Assembly: GCA_040902225.1 (NCBI GenBank)
Contig: JBBDXT010000002.1
Location: 30,036-94,035 of the forward strand
DNA from: Chloroflexota bacterium
GTDB taxonomy: Bacteria > Chloroflexota > Limnocylindria > QHBO01
DNA length: 64,000 nucleotides
Direction of reading: 5' to 3'
Position numbers and translations under genes: made by a program. The notes under the pieces are model-generated. The model did not search any database. It saw only the letters and a program-made list of their open reading frames with translations, and had not been told where the DNA came from. Shown piece after piece: positions 28,054 through 36,716 of this stretch (position 1 is its first letter; each line of letters starts with the position of its first letter).

Positions 28054-28952
28054 ACGTAGTGCCGACCGACGCCTCTCTCCATCTCTCGGAGGAGCTCACC
28101 TGCGGGACGGCCCGCCTTCGCATCGACATCGTCGGCGATGAGCCGCGCGACCATATCCTGGAGGACATGAACTTCCTCAATTACCGCCTGGCGGACGTCC
28201 ACTACGCCGCACAGGTCTCCCTGCCCGAAGCCGATGTCATCTGGCGGGTGGACGGCGACAGGGCGATCGCCTACGACGACAGGCAGATGACGTTCACCGG
28301 CAGCTGGCCGGCCGGACCTCTGCAGAAGGTCGTGGTTGCCATGCTCGCGCTGCGCATGGAGGCGGGAGGTCTGCACCCGTTCCATGCGTCCGCAGTCCGC
28401 TACCGCGACCGCACGATCATGTTCCTGGGTGGCGAGTCGAACCACGGCAAGAGCATGGGACAGATCGAGGCGTGCCGCCGCGGCGGCCTGCTGGTCTCCA
28501 CCGAGACGACGGTCGTGGATGAGGACGGGATGGCGGTGATGGGCTCGAAGGACGTCTTCATCAAGAAGCGAGCGGAGGGAACCGAACGGGCCGACAAGGC
28601 CGCTCCGAACCGCGGCGTGGAGATCTTCTTCGGCGACATGCCCAGCTGGGAGGCATACGAATCGCCAACGAACGTCGACGTGGTGATCGTGCCCGCCATC
28701 GACGGCAACTTCGACCCCAGCCTGGTCGAGATGATCCCGTTTGAACGCCAGTTCCAGACGCTCCACTCGCTGCAGAACTACCTCTTGCTCAACGAGCTGC
28801 TGGCTCCGGGCTGGCCGATGCCGATCATCGACAACGAGGCGCTGCGCCTCGCTCGTGCCGCCTTCGTCGCACGCTTCGCCGAGCGTCCGTACTACTTCGT
28901 CCGCGCTGCGAACCCGCAGGTGCTGATGGACGAGGTGGACCGGGTTCTGTAG
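28050..28952 (+). CDS. HprK C-terminal-domain-like P-loop protein, function unknown
   Basis: Start ATG 28050 (SD gaaagga, ATGA overlap with the GntR stop). P-loop-like FLGGESNHGKSMGQIEACRRGGLLVSTETTVVDEDG (28428-28454 encodes GGESNHGKS). This resembles the HPr kinase/phosphorylase GxSGxGKS...RGxxLVxDD core. Confidence 0.6.
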   Translation: MNVVPTDASLHLSEELTCGTARLRIDIVGDEPRDHILEDMNFLNYRLADVHYAAQVSLPEADVIWRVDGDRAIAYDDRQMTFTGSWPAGPLQKVVVAMLALRMEAGGLHPFHASAVRYRDRTIMFLGGESNHGKSMGQIEACRRGGLLVSTETTVVDEDGMAVMGSKDVFIKKRAEGTERADKAAPNRGVEIFFGDMPSWEAYESPTNVDVVIVPAIDGNFDPSLVEMIPFERQFQTLHSLQNYLLLNELLAPGWPMPIIDNEALRLARAAFVARFAERPYYFVRAANPQVLMDEVDRVL

Positions 28953-28970
28953 GAAGGCGCGCGCCCCACC

Positions 28971-29840
28971 ATGCACCCGTTCCGCTACGCACGCCCGAGC
29001 AGCCTGGCAGAGGCTGTCGCGCTGCTTGACGAGCACGGTCCCCAGGCCCAGATCATCGCCGGCGGCACGGACCTGGTCATCGGGCTGCGGGACCGCACCC
29101 TCGAGCCGGACGTCGTGATCGACCTCAAGCGCATCCCCGACCTCGAGCCGCGCATCCGTCTCGTCGACGGTCGCCTGGTCATCAGCGCCGGGACGGTGAT
29201 GAGCGACATCGAGTCGGACGCGACGATCGCCGAGCTGTTCACGGCCCTGGCCGAGTCGGCGGCCGTGGTCGGTTCGGTGCAGATCCGCAACCGGGCCACC
29301 CTGGCCGGCAACATCTGCAACGCGTCACCGGCCGCGGATACCGCGCCGCCCCTGCTCGTCCACCGGGCCGAGGTGGTGGCGTTCGGCCCCCGTGGCGCGC
29401 GCCGCATCCCGATCCGCGAATTCTTCGTCCGCTCGCGCCAGACGACCCTGCAGCGCGGCGAGCTGGTGACCGCGGTGGAGCTGCCGCTCCCGGACCGACG
29501 GACGGGCGACAGCTACGTGCGTCTGACGCGCCGACGGGGCACCGACCTGGCCTCGATCACGATGTGCTGCGCCGTGGACGCATCGGGCTCGACGCGCCTG
29601 GCCTACGGCAGCGTGGGGCCCAAGCCGCTCGTCTTCGCCGACGAGAGCGGCGTGCTGGCCGACCCGGCCGCGCCGGACGAAGCCAAGGCGCCCATCCTGG
29701 AGACAATGCTGGCCGAGGCATCTCCATCCGCCGGGTCGGTCCGCGCCAGCCCGGAGTATCGCCTGGCCATGCTGCCCGTGCTCGCCATGCGGGCGTTGCA
29801 CACCGCTCTGGGCCGGCTCGGCGGAGGGCAGGTGCGGTGA
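28971..29840 (+). CDS. molybdenum hydroxylase FAD-binding (medium, CoxM-like) subunit
   Basis: FRYARPSSLAEAVALL...IIAGGTDLVIGLRD. ~289 aa as for CoxM/XdhB-type subunits. Confidence 0.9.
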   Translation: MHPFRYARPSSLAEAVALLDEHGPQAQIIAGGTDLVIGLRDRTLEPDVVIDLKRIPDLEPRIRLVDGRLVISAGTVMSDIESDATIAELFTALAESAAVVGSVQIRNRATLAGNICNASPAADTAPPLLVHRAEVVAFGPRGARRIPIREFFVRSRQTTLQRGELVTAVELPLPDRRTGDSYVRLTRRRGTDLASITMCCAVDASGSTRLAYGSVGPKPLVFADESGVLADPAAPDEAKAPILETMLAEASPSAGSVRASPEYRLAMLPVLAMRALHTALGRLGGGQVR

Positions 29841-30313
29841 GCGAGCGGCTTCCGATCGACGTCGGCATCAACGGGCGCCCCCAGCACCTCGACGTTGCCG
29901 CGCACCACACGCTGCTGGAGGTCCTGCGCGATCAGCTGGGACTCACCGGGTCGAAGGAGTGCTGCGTGGTCGGCGAGTGCGGCGCCTGCACGGTCATCGT
30001 CGATGGGCGCACCGTGAACTCCTGCCTCATGCTCGCCGTCGAGGCGGATGGACACGACATCCGCACCGTCGAGGGCCTCGCGCGCGGGCCAGAGCTGAGC
30101 GAGCTGCAGCAGGCGTTCCTCGACCGGGGCGCCACCCAATGCGGTTTCTGCATCCCGGGTCAGCTGATGTCGGCCGAGGCGCTGCTGGAGCGCAACGCGG
30201 ACCCGACCGTGGACGAGATCCACGAGGCGCTGGCCGGCAACCTGTGCCGCTGCGCCGCATACGAGCAGATCACCGATGCCGTCCTGGCCGCCGCCGAGGC
30301 ACGACACCGATGA
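29837..30313 (+). CDS. molybdenum hydroxylase [2Fe-2S] (small, CoxS-like) subunit
   Basis: GTG 29837 (GTGA overlap). Cys motifs CVVGECGACTV...NSC and CGFCIPG...CRC. Confidence 0.9.
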   Translation: MSERLPIDVGINGRPQHLDVAAHHTLLEVLRDQLGLTGSKECCVVGECGACTVIVDGRTVNSCLMLAVEADGHDIRTVEGLARGPELSELQQAFLDRGATQCGFCIPGQLMSAEALLERNADPTVDEIHEALAGNLCRCAAYEQITDAVLAAAEARHR

Positions 30314-32574
30314 CCGGAATCGTCGGCCAGTCGCCGCGGCGCGGAGGTGGGCATGGACGGGTGACCGGGCTGCAGCAATACGTCGCGGACATCCATCTGC
30401 CGGACATGCTCCACGCCCGGTTGGTCACCCTCGACACGGCCCACGCGCGCATCGTCTCGATCGATCCGGCGGAGTCGCGACGCGTGCCCGGCGTCCACCT
30501 GGTGCTCACCGCCGCCGATCTGCCACAGCCAGTGCCCCGCTTCGGTCCGCAATTCGCCGACCGGCCGGTGATCGCGGTCGACGAGGTGAAGTACCACGGC
30601 GAGCCGGTGGCGGCGATCGCCGCCGAGAGCAAGGATGCGGCCGAGGAGGCGGCACGGCTGGTGCGGGTCGAGGTCGAGGAGCTGCCAGCGGTGTTCACCA
30701 TCGCCGCCGCCCTGGCGCCGGACGCCCCGCTCGTCCAGGATCCGTCGCTGCGCCCCAACGATCCGCTGGCGGGCACCAACCTGCTGCGTGAGCACCGGTA
30801 TGCATGGGGTGACGTGAACACCGCGCAGGCTGACCTCGTCGTAGAGGACACCTACACCTTCCCGATGGTCACCCACTTCGCGATCGAGCCGCATGGCTTC
30901 ATCGCGGCCCCCGACGGCGACGGCATCGCCATCTGGAGCTCGATTCAGCATCCGTTCTGGCTGCAGCGGACAATCGCCAAGATCCTGGGGCTGCCGCTCT
31001 CCAAGGTGCGCGTGCTGGCGCCCGATCCGGGCGGGGCGTTCGGGGGCAAGCAGCACGCCAAGTTCGAGCCGCTGGTCGCGTTCATGGCCCTCCGCACCGG
31101 GCGCCCGGTGCGCCTCATCCTCAGCCTGGAGGAGACGTTCCAGGCGGTGCGGCGCAACTCGTCCGAGATCCGCGTGCGCACGGGCTTCCGCACCGACGGC
31201 ACCGTGACCTTCCGCGAGATCGAGGCCAACTACCTGCTGGGGGCCTACGCGGATATCTCCGATCGCGTGGTGGGCAAGGGTGCATACCCGGGCAACGGCC
31301 CGTATCGCGTGCCGGCCTCGCAGATCGTGGCGCGCTCCATCCTGTCGCACACCCCGCCATCCACCGCGTTCCGCGGCTTCGGCGCACCGCAGGTCAACTG
31401 GGCGGTGGAGTCCAACCTTGACGAAGCTGCGCGGCAGCTCGGTATCGACGGGCTGGAGATCCGGCTGCGCAACCTCGCCCGCCAGGGCGAGCGGTTCATC
31501 CCCACTGACCTGCCCGCCGACGGGGATTGGCAGCAGGCAGTCCGCCGCGCCGCCGAGCTCATCGGCTGGGCGGATCCCGTCGCGGCGGGCCGTGGCCGCG
31601 GCATCGCGGTCGGCATCAAGCTGGGACCTACGACCGGGCTGTCGTATGCCACCGTCCGGTTCCTGGGCGACGGGAGCCTGCTGGTCTATACCGGCACCTC
31701 GGACATGGGGCAGGGGGCGCGCACGATCTTCGCGCAGATCGCCGCCCAGGAGTTGGGCGTCCCAATGGAGCGGATCAACGTCATCACCGGCGACACCTTC
31801 GCGGTGCCATACGACCAGCAGACGTCCGCCAGCCGATCCAGCGTGCTGATGGGCAATGCCGTCCTGGACGCCTGCCACCAGATCCAGCGCCAGCTGGCGA
31901 CCATGGCGGCCCGCCTGCACGACGTCGACCCGGCGGCGGTCCTCGTCGCGAGCGGGACGGCCAGCGTGTCGGGACGGGAGATTCCGCTGGTCGAGATCCT
32001 CATCGAGGGCCTTGGCCGGCTCGGCGGCGAGCTCATCGGCAACGGCATGGCGCGCAAGGAGGGCGAGCCGGGCCATCCGCTGGGTGGATCGGCTGCCTTC
32101 TACGAATTCAACTGCACGGCGATCGAGGCCGAGGTCGACCCCGAGACCGGCGAGATCCTGCTGCATCGCCATGTGACCGTGTCGGACGTCGGCAAGGCCC
32201 TCAACCCGCTCCAGGTCCGGATGCAGGACGAGGGCGCCGCGATCATGGGGCTCGGTCACACGCTCATGGAGCACTACATCTTCGACGATGCCGGGCGGGT
32301 CAGAAACCTGGGCGCCATCGACTACCGCATCCCCACCAGCAAGGATCTGCCGCTCGAGATGGTGAGCGACATGGTGGAGAACGAGGACGGGCCGGGACCG
32401 TACGGCGCGAAGGGCATGAGCGAGGGCGCGCTGCTGTGCGTCGCCGCAGCGGTCGCAGCGGCGGTCCACGGCGCAACCGGCGTCGTCATTCGCGACCTGC
32501 CGCTCACGCCGCAACGGGTCTGGGAAGCACTCGAGGAGCGGCGAGGGGCGCCGGAGAGGGAGGTCGCGTCATGA
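30310..32574 (+). CDS. molybdenum hydroxylase molybdopterin-binding (large, CoxL/XdhA-like) subunit
   Basis: ATG 30310 (ATGA overlap). GRVTGLQQYVADI, AFRGFGAPQ, C-terminal YGAKGMSEGA with the catalytic-Glu context. The N-terminal part of ORF 29959..32574 is an out-of-frame artefact. Confidence 0.9.
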   Translation: MTGIVGQSPRRGGGHGRVTGLQQYVADIHLPDMLHARLVTLDTAHARIVSIDPAESRRVPGVHLVLTAADLPQPVPRFGPQFADRPVIAVDEVKYHGEPVAAIAAESKDAAEEAARLVRVEVEELPAVFTIAAALAPDAPLVQDPSLRPNDPLAGTNLLREHRYAWGDVNTAQADLVVEDTYTFPMVTHFAIEPHGFIAAPDGDGIAIWSSIQHPFWLQRTIAKILGLPLSKVRVLAPDPGGAFGGKQHAKFEPLVAFMALRTGRPVRLILSLEETFQAVRRNSSEIRVRTGFRTDGTVTFREIEANYLLGAYADISDRVVGKGAYPGNGPYRVPASQIVARSILSHTPPSTAFRGFGAPQVNWAVESNLDEAARQLGIDGLEIRLRNLARQGERFIPTDLPADGDWQQAVRRAAELIGWADPVAAGRGRGIAVGIKLGPTTGLSYATVRFLGDGSLLVYTGTSDMGQGARTIFAQIAAQELGVPMERINVITGDTFAVPYDQQTSASRSSVLMGNAVLDACHQIQRQLATMAARLHDVDPAAVLVASGTASVSGREIPLVEILIEGLGRLGGELIGNGMARKEGEPGHPLGGSAAFYEFNCTAIEAEVDPETGEILLHRHVTVSDVGKALNPLQVRMQDEGAAIMGLGHTLMEHYIFDDAGRVRNLGAIDYRIPTSKDLPLEMVSDMVENEDGPGPYGAKGMSEGALLCVAAAVAAAVHGATGVVIRDLPLTPQRVWEALEERRGAPEREVAS

Positions 32575-33455
32575 CCGCAGCCGACATCGGTCCGGTGGCC
32601 AGGCTGCCAGCCGATCAGCTTGTCCGCGCCGCCCGCCTGGTGCGGAGCGGCCGCATGCTCTCGCTGGCCGCTGTGCGCTATCCGGGCATGCCGCTCTTCC
32701 CGGGACACCCGCCCTTCCAGGTCCTCAACTACCGCACGCCGCGCGGCATTCGGGTCGCCGGGGCCCAGCCCTGGGGGCCTGTGAACGATGCGGGGTTGGG
32801 GTACATGGCCGAGTACGTCATGGCCACCAGCCACTCGGGGGCGCACATCGACGCGCTGGCCCACATGACGGTCGGCGACGATATGCACTGGTATGGTGGC
32901 AGCGCCGACGCGCACCTGGGTGACTCCGGCCCAACATTGAACGACGCGTCGAGCCTGCCGCCATTCTTCACCCGTGGCGTCCTGTTGGATGCGGCCGCGC
33001 ATCGCGGGGTCGCCTGCCTGCCCAAGGGATCAGCGATCGACGCGACTGAGCTGGAGGCGATTGCCTCGGCCCAGCGGGTATCGGTCGAGCGGTGGGACGT
33101 GGTCGTCATTCGCACCGGGTACATGAGCCTTTGGCCGGACGCCGATGCCATGGCCGAACACAAGACCCCGGGGCCCGATCTGTCGGCCGCGCAATGGCTG
33201 CTCGAACGCGGCGTGATCGCCACCGGGACCGATACCGAGACCTACGAGGTCCAGCCGGCGCCCGACCCCGGGCCGACCGGCAATCCGCAGCCGGTCCACA
33301 CGCTGCTCCTCATCGAGAACGGCATCTACCTGATGGAGAGCCTCGATCTCGAGGCGCTGGCACGCGAGCACATGTACGAGTTCCTGTTCGTCGCCCTGCC
33401 GCTGAAGATCCGAGGCGCCACCGGATCAATGGTGGACCCCGTGGCCGTCGTCTAG
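32571..33455 (+). CDS. cyclase family protein (kynurenine formamidase / isatin hydrolase-like fold)
   Basis: ATG 32571 (ATGA overlap). Metal motif HSGAHIDALAH. ~294 aa. Only the last third of ORF 31527..33455 is real. Confidence 0.85.
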   Translation: MTAADIGPVARLPADQLVRAARLVRSGRMLSLAAVRYPGMPLFPGHPPFQVLNYRTPRGIRVAGAQPWGPVNDAGLGYMAEYVMATSHSGAHIDALAHMTVGDDMHWYGGSADAHLGDSGPTLNDASSLPPFFTRGVLLDAAAHRGVACLPKGSAIDATELEAIASAQRVSVERWDVVVIRTGYMSLWPDADAMAEHKTPGPDLSAAQWLLERGVIATGTDTETYEVQPAPDPGPTGNPQPVHTLLLIENGIYLMESLDLEALAREHMYEFLFVALPLKIRGATGSMVDPVAVV

Positions 33456-33479
33456 GCCCTTGCCCGAAAGGATGCTGGC

Positions 33480-35600
33480 GTGACTTACCTCTACCCGTTC
33501 GACCATCCGCATGCCCTGCCGTTGCCGGACCTGAACAGGCTGATCGGCAGCAAGGCGGCCGGCCTGAGCACGATGGTCACCGCGCTGAGGCTGCCGGTCC
33601 CGCCGGGATTCACCATCGCTACCACCGCCTGCACCGACTTCCTGGCCGGCGGCTGGCCCGACGGCCTGGAGGAGGAGGTACGGGCGCAGATGCGGCGCGT
33701 CGAGCAGGCCGTGGACCGGCGGTTCGGCGCGGCCGACGATCCGCTGCTCGTGAGCGTGCGCTCTGGTGCCCCGGCGTCGATGCCGGGCATGATGGACACC
33801 ATCCTCAACCTGGGCCTCAACCAGGTCACGATGGCCGGACTGGCGCGCGCGGCGGGCGACCCAGCGTTCGCCGCCGGCTGCCTTGCCCGCTTCACGACGA
33901 TGTATCGCGCAATCGTTGGGGAGAACGAGGTGCCGGTTGATCCATGGGACCAGCTGCGCGCCGCCATCGCTGCCGTCTTCGCCTCGTGGAACAGCGAACG
34001 TGCGAGCAGCTACCGGCGGCACGAGGGAATCCCTGACCATCTCGGTACTGCGGTCACCGTGCAGGCGATGGTCTTCGGCAACCTGGGGGCCGATTCCGGC
34101 ACCGGCGTGCTGTTCACCCGCAACCCCGCCACCGGCGAGGCGACCTTCTACGGCGACGTCATGTTTAACGCGCAGGGCGAAGACGTGGTTGCCGGCGACC
34201 ATCGCACCGAGCCGATCAGCGTGCTCGACGATCGCATGCCCGACGTCGCCCGCCAGCTGCGCGGACACGCCATCGCGTTGGAGCGCCATTTCGCCGACCT
34301 GTGCGACATCGAGTTCACGATCGAACGCGGCCGGTTGTGGATGCTGCAGGTGCGGGTCGGCAAGCGCAGCCCGCAGGCCGCGCTGCGCATCGCGGTCGAC
34401 ATGGCCGAGGATCCGAATTTCCCGGTCACGCGAGCCGAGGCGGTGCAGCGCGTGCTGCCCCTGCTGGGCGACCCACCCCGCCTGCAGGTCGAGCACCCAA
34501 GCGGGGTCGAGGCGGTGGCTGCCGGGTTGGGCGCATCTCCGGGGATCGCGTGCGGCGAGATCGTTATCTCGGCCGACGATGCGGTTGCGGCCGCTGAGGC
34601 TGGGCGCCGCGTCATCTTGGTTCGGGCCGAAACGTCTCCCGATGACGTGCACGGCATGGCCAAGTCGGCGGGCATCCTTACCGCCAGCGGGGGCCTGGCC
34701 AGCCACGCGGCGGTCGTCGCGCGTGGCTGGGGCCTTCCGGCCGTGGTCGGGGCTGAGGCGGTGCGCATCACGGCCGGCGAGGTCCGCATCGGCGATCGCG
34801 CGTTCGCGGTCGGCGACACGATCACCATCGACGGCAGCAGCGGCGAGGTGTTCGCCGGCGAGGTGGCCGGCGCGCAGGAGGTGGTTGCGGAGGCCGCGAT
34901 CCTGCAGGCCTGGGCGCGTGAGCTGGGCCTTGGGATCCAGCTCGCGGAGGGAGGAGCTTCGGCGCCGGCGGTAAGCGGATCCCTCGTGCGTGAGGACGTG
35001 TTGCGAACGCTGCTCATCAAGGCCTACGCCACTCCGGAGGTGCTTGCCGCCTGCATGTTCTCGACGCCCGAGCAGGCGGCCGACTTGCTCGATCGCCTGG
35101 TGGCCGATGGCCTGCTCGAAATCTCGGCTGGCGCCTTTCGGCTGACCGCCGACGGCAAGGCCGCGGCCGCGGAGCTGGTGGCCGACGACGGCGAGCGCTG
35201 GGGAGCCGACGAGGCTGTCGCGGCGCTCGATGCCTTCCTGAGGCTCGACGGCCGGGTGAAGGAGGCGGTGACCGCTTGGCAGATGCGCGACGTGGACGGC
35301 GCGCAGACGTTGAATGACCACAGTGACGCCGCGTACGACCGCAGCGTGCTCGATCGGCTTGCCGCGTTGCATACCGACGTCGTCGCATGGCTCCACCCGC
35401 TCACCACGCGCCTCGACCGGCTGGCCGCGTATGAAGCCCGCCTTCAGCGCGCCGCGGACTGCGCGCGCGACGGCGATACCGCCTACATCGCATCACCCCG
35501 CGTGGACAGCTACCACAGCGTCTGGTTCGAGCTTCACGAGGACCTCATCCGGCTCGCCGGCCGGACGCGAACTGACGAAGTGGCGGCGGGACGGGCCTAG
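33480..35600 (+). CDS. PPDK-like protein: ATP-grasp plus phosphohistidine domains, no PEP/pyruvate TIM barrel, novel C-terminal ~220 aa
   Basis: LIGSKAAGLS, SVRSGAPASMPGMMDTILNLGLN, DIEFTIERGRLWMLQVRVGKR. GGLASHAAVVARGWGLPAV has its His codon at 34704-34706. Motifs of the PPDK C-terminal domain as I recall them (CRTEH-like, GSNDL-like) are absent. Confidence 0.85.
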   Translation: MTYLYPFDHPHALPLPDLNRLIGSKAAGLSTMVTALRLPVPPGFTIATTACTDFLAGGWPDGLEEEVRAQMRRVEQAVDRRFGAADDPLLVSVRSGAPASMPGMMDTILNLGLNQVTMAGLARAAGDPAFAAGCLARFTTMYRAIVGENEVPVDPWDQLRAAIAAVFASWNSERASSYRRHEGIPDHLGTAVTVQAMVFGNLGADSGTGVLFTRNPATGEATFYGDVMFNAQGEDVVAGDHRTEPISVLDDRMPDVARQLRGHAIALERHFADLCDIEFTIERGRLWMLQVRVGKRSPQAALRIAVDMAEDPNFPVTRAEAVQRVLPLLGDPPRLQVEHPSGVEAVAAGLGASPGIACGEIVISADDAVAAAEAGRRVILVRAETSPDDVHGMAKSAGILTASGGLASHAAVVARGWGLPAVVGAEAVRITAGEVRIGDRAFAVGDTITIDGSSGEVFAGEVAGAQEVVAEAAILQAWARELGLGIQLAEGGASAPAVSGSLVREDVLRTLLIKAYATPEVLAACMFSTPEQAADLLDRLVADGLLEISAGAFRLTADGKAAAAELVADDGERWGADEAVAALDAFLRLDGRVKEAVTAWQMRDVDGAQTLNDHSDAAYDRSVLDRLAALHTDVVAWLHPLTTRLDRLAAYEARLQRAADCARDGDTAYIASPRVDSYHSVWFELHEDLIRLAGRTRTDEVAAGRA

Positions 35601-35616
35601 CCGGCGGACTCCCCCC

Positions 35617-36672
35617 TCAGGGAGCGACGATGATCTTGATGGCCCCGCTGGATCGGTCGTTGAAGGTCGCAATCGCCTCCCCGTAGCGGCTCAGGGGGAA
35701 GCGATGCGTGATCATCTCGCTGACGCGCATCCGCCCCTGCTCCACGTGGGGCATCACGCGGCGCATCTCTCCCGCCGAGGCGCGGGAGCCGACCAGCTCC
35801 AGTTCATCGAGCACGAGCTTCTGCACGTCGATCTCGGCCGACGCGGTCGGGATGCCCACGGCGGCACAACGGCCGCCGCGGCGCAGCATGGCCATCGCCC
35901 ACGCCATGGTCTGCGGCACGCCGGCGCATTCGAGCACGACGTCCGCGCCCAGGCCACCGGTCATGTCGCGCACGGCCGGCACCGGAACGCCGGCGTCGGA
36001 GTCGATGGTCTCGAAGCCAAGGCCCGCCGCCTTCGCCAGCCGCTGGCCGCGACCTACCACGATCACCCGCGCGGCGCCGCGAATGAGCGCCGCATCGCCC
36101 GCCAGCAGGCCGATGGCGCCGGCACCGGTGATGGCGACTGTGTCGCCCGGGCTCACCAGGCCGCGATTCGCCACGTGCAGCGCGATGGAGGCGGGATCGA
36201 TCAGCGCCCCCTGCTCGAAGGTCAGCGCGTCGGGCAGGCGGAAGACGCACTTCACGCCGTGGACCACGTAGGTCGCGTCGGCCCCCTGGTAGTTGTGCCC
36301 GTACTGGCGGTGCAGCCCCTGCTTGCCGTAGTTCTCGCACAGGTTGTAGTGGCCCTCGACGCACTTCTGGCAGACACCACAGGCGTCGTGCGAGGTGCCG
36401 GCCACGCGATCGCCGACCTTCCAGCCCAGCCGGTCGGCGTCCGACCCCAGCGCCGCGACCTCCCCCGCCCACTCATGGCCCGGGATGAAGGGAAAGGCAG
36501 GCGGCCAGAAACCCGGATAGTCGCCGTGGATCAGGTGCGCATCGGTCCCGCAGATGGAGACCGCCCGAACACGCGCCAGGACCTCATTGGGTCCGGGCTC
36601 GGGGACCGGCACCTCCTGGATCTCGAAGCGCTCGGGCGCGAGCACGACGAGCGCTTCCATGGTGGATGCCAC
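35617..36672 (-). CDS. zinc-dependent alcohol dehydrogenase (MDR superfamily)
   Basis: ICGTDAH, GHEWAGEV, structural-Zn Cys cluster CGVCQKC...C, GAGAIGLL. Start GTG 36672 (SD AGGAG 6 nt upstream) or ATG 36660. The upstream part of ORF 35617..37050 is rejected. Confidence 0.85.
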   Translation of the reverse strand: MASTMEALVVLAPERFEIQEVPVPEPGPNEVLARVRAVSICGTDAHLIHGDYPGFWPPAFPFIPGHEWAGEVAALGSDADRLGWKVGDRVAGTSHDACGVCQKCVEGHYNLCENYGKQGLHRQYGHNYQGADATYVVHGVKCVFRLPDALTFEQGALIDPASIALHVANRGLVSPGDTVAITGAGAIGLLAGDAALIRGAARVIVVGRGQRLAKAAGLGFETIDSDAGVPVPAVRDMTGGLGADVVLECAGVPQTMAWAMAMLRRGGRCAAVGIPTASAEIDVQKLVLDELELVGSRASAGEMRRVMPHVEQGRMRVSEMITHRFPLSRYGEAIATFNDRSSGAIKIIVAP

Positions 36673-36716
36673 GACGGTCTCCTTCCGGTGGGCCGAGGTC
36701 ACGCCTCGGCAGCTCC

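Noticed and set aside
29959-32574. ORF-track entries implying N-terminally extended proteins: 29959..32574, 31527..33455, 29564..30313, 35617..37050, 43603..45066, 44624..46036, 27220..28053, 27999..28952 and 11145..14213.
   Set aside because: The extensions overlap the preceding gene out of frame and are compositionally abnormal. Starts were reset to ATG/GTG codons that create ATGA/GTGA coupling or have an SD and give family-typical N-termini.
25560-32574. Interpretation as anaerobic phenol / 4-hydroxybenzoyl-CoA metabolism (phenylphosphate synthase plus 4-HBCR).
   Set aside because: The FAD subunit (289 aa) has no Cys-rich insert of the kind I recall for the 4-hydroxybenzoyl-CoA reductase FAD subunit. 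No UbiD-type carboxylase or CoA ligase is present in the cluster. Only the split-dikinase analogy is retained.
28971-32574. CoxMSL-like genes as aerobic CO dehydrogenase.
   Set aside because: The large subunit shows the xanthine-dehydrogenase-type AFRGFGAPQ motif. It lacks the CODH active-site loop signatures as I recall them (VAYRCSFR or AYRGAGR). No coxDEF-type accessory genes are adjacent.
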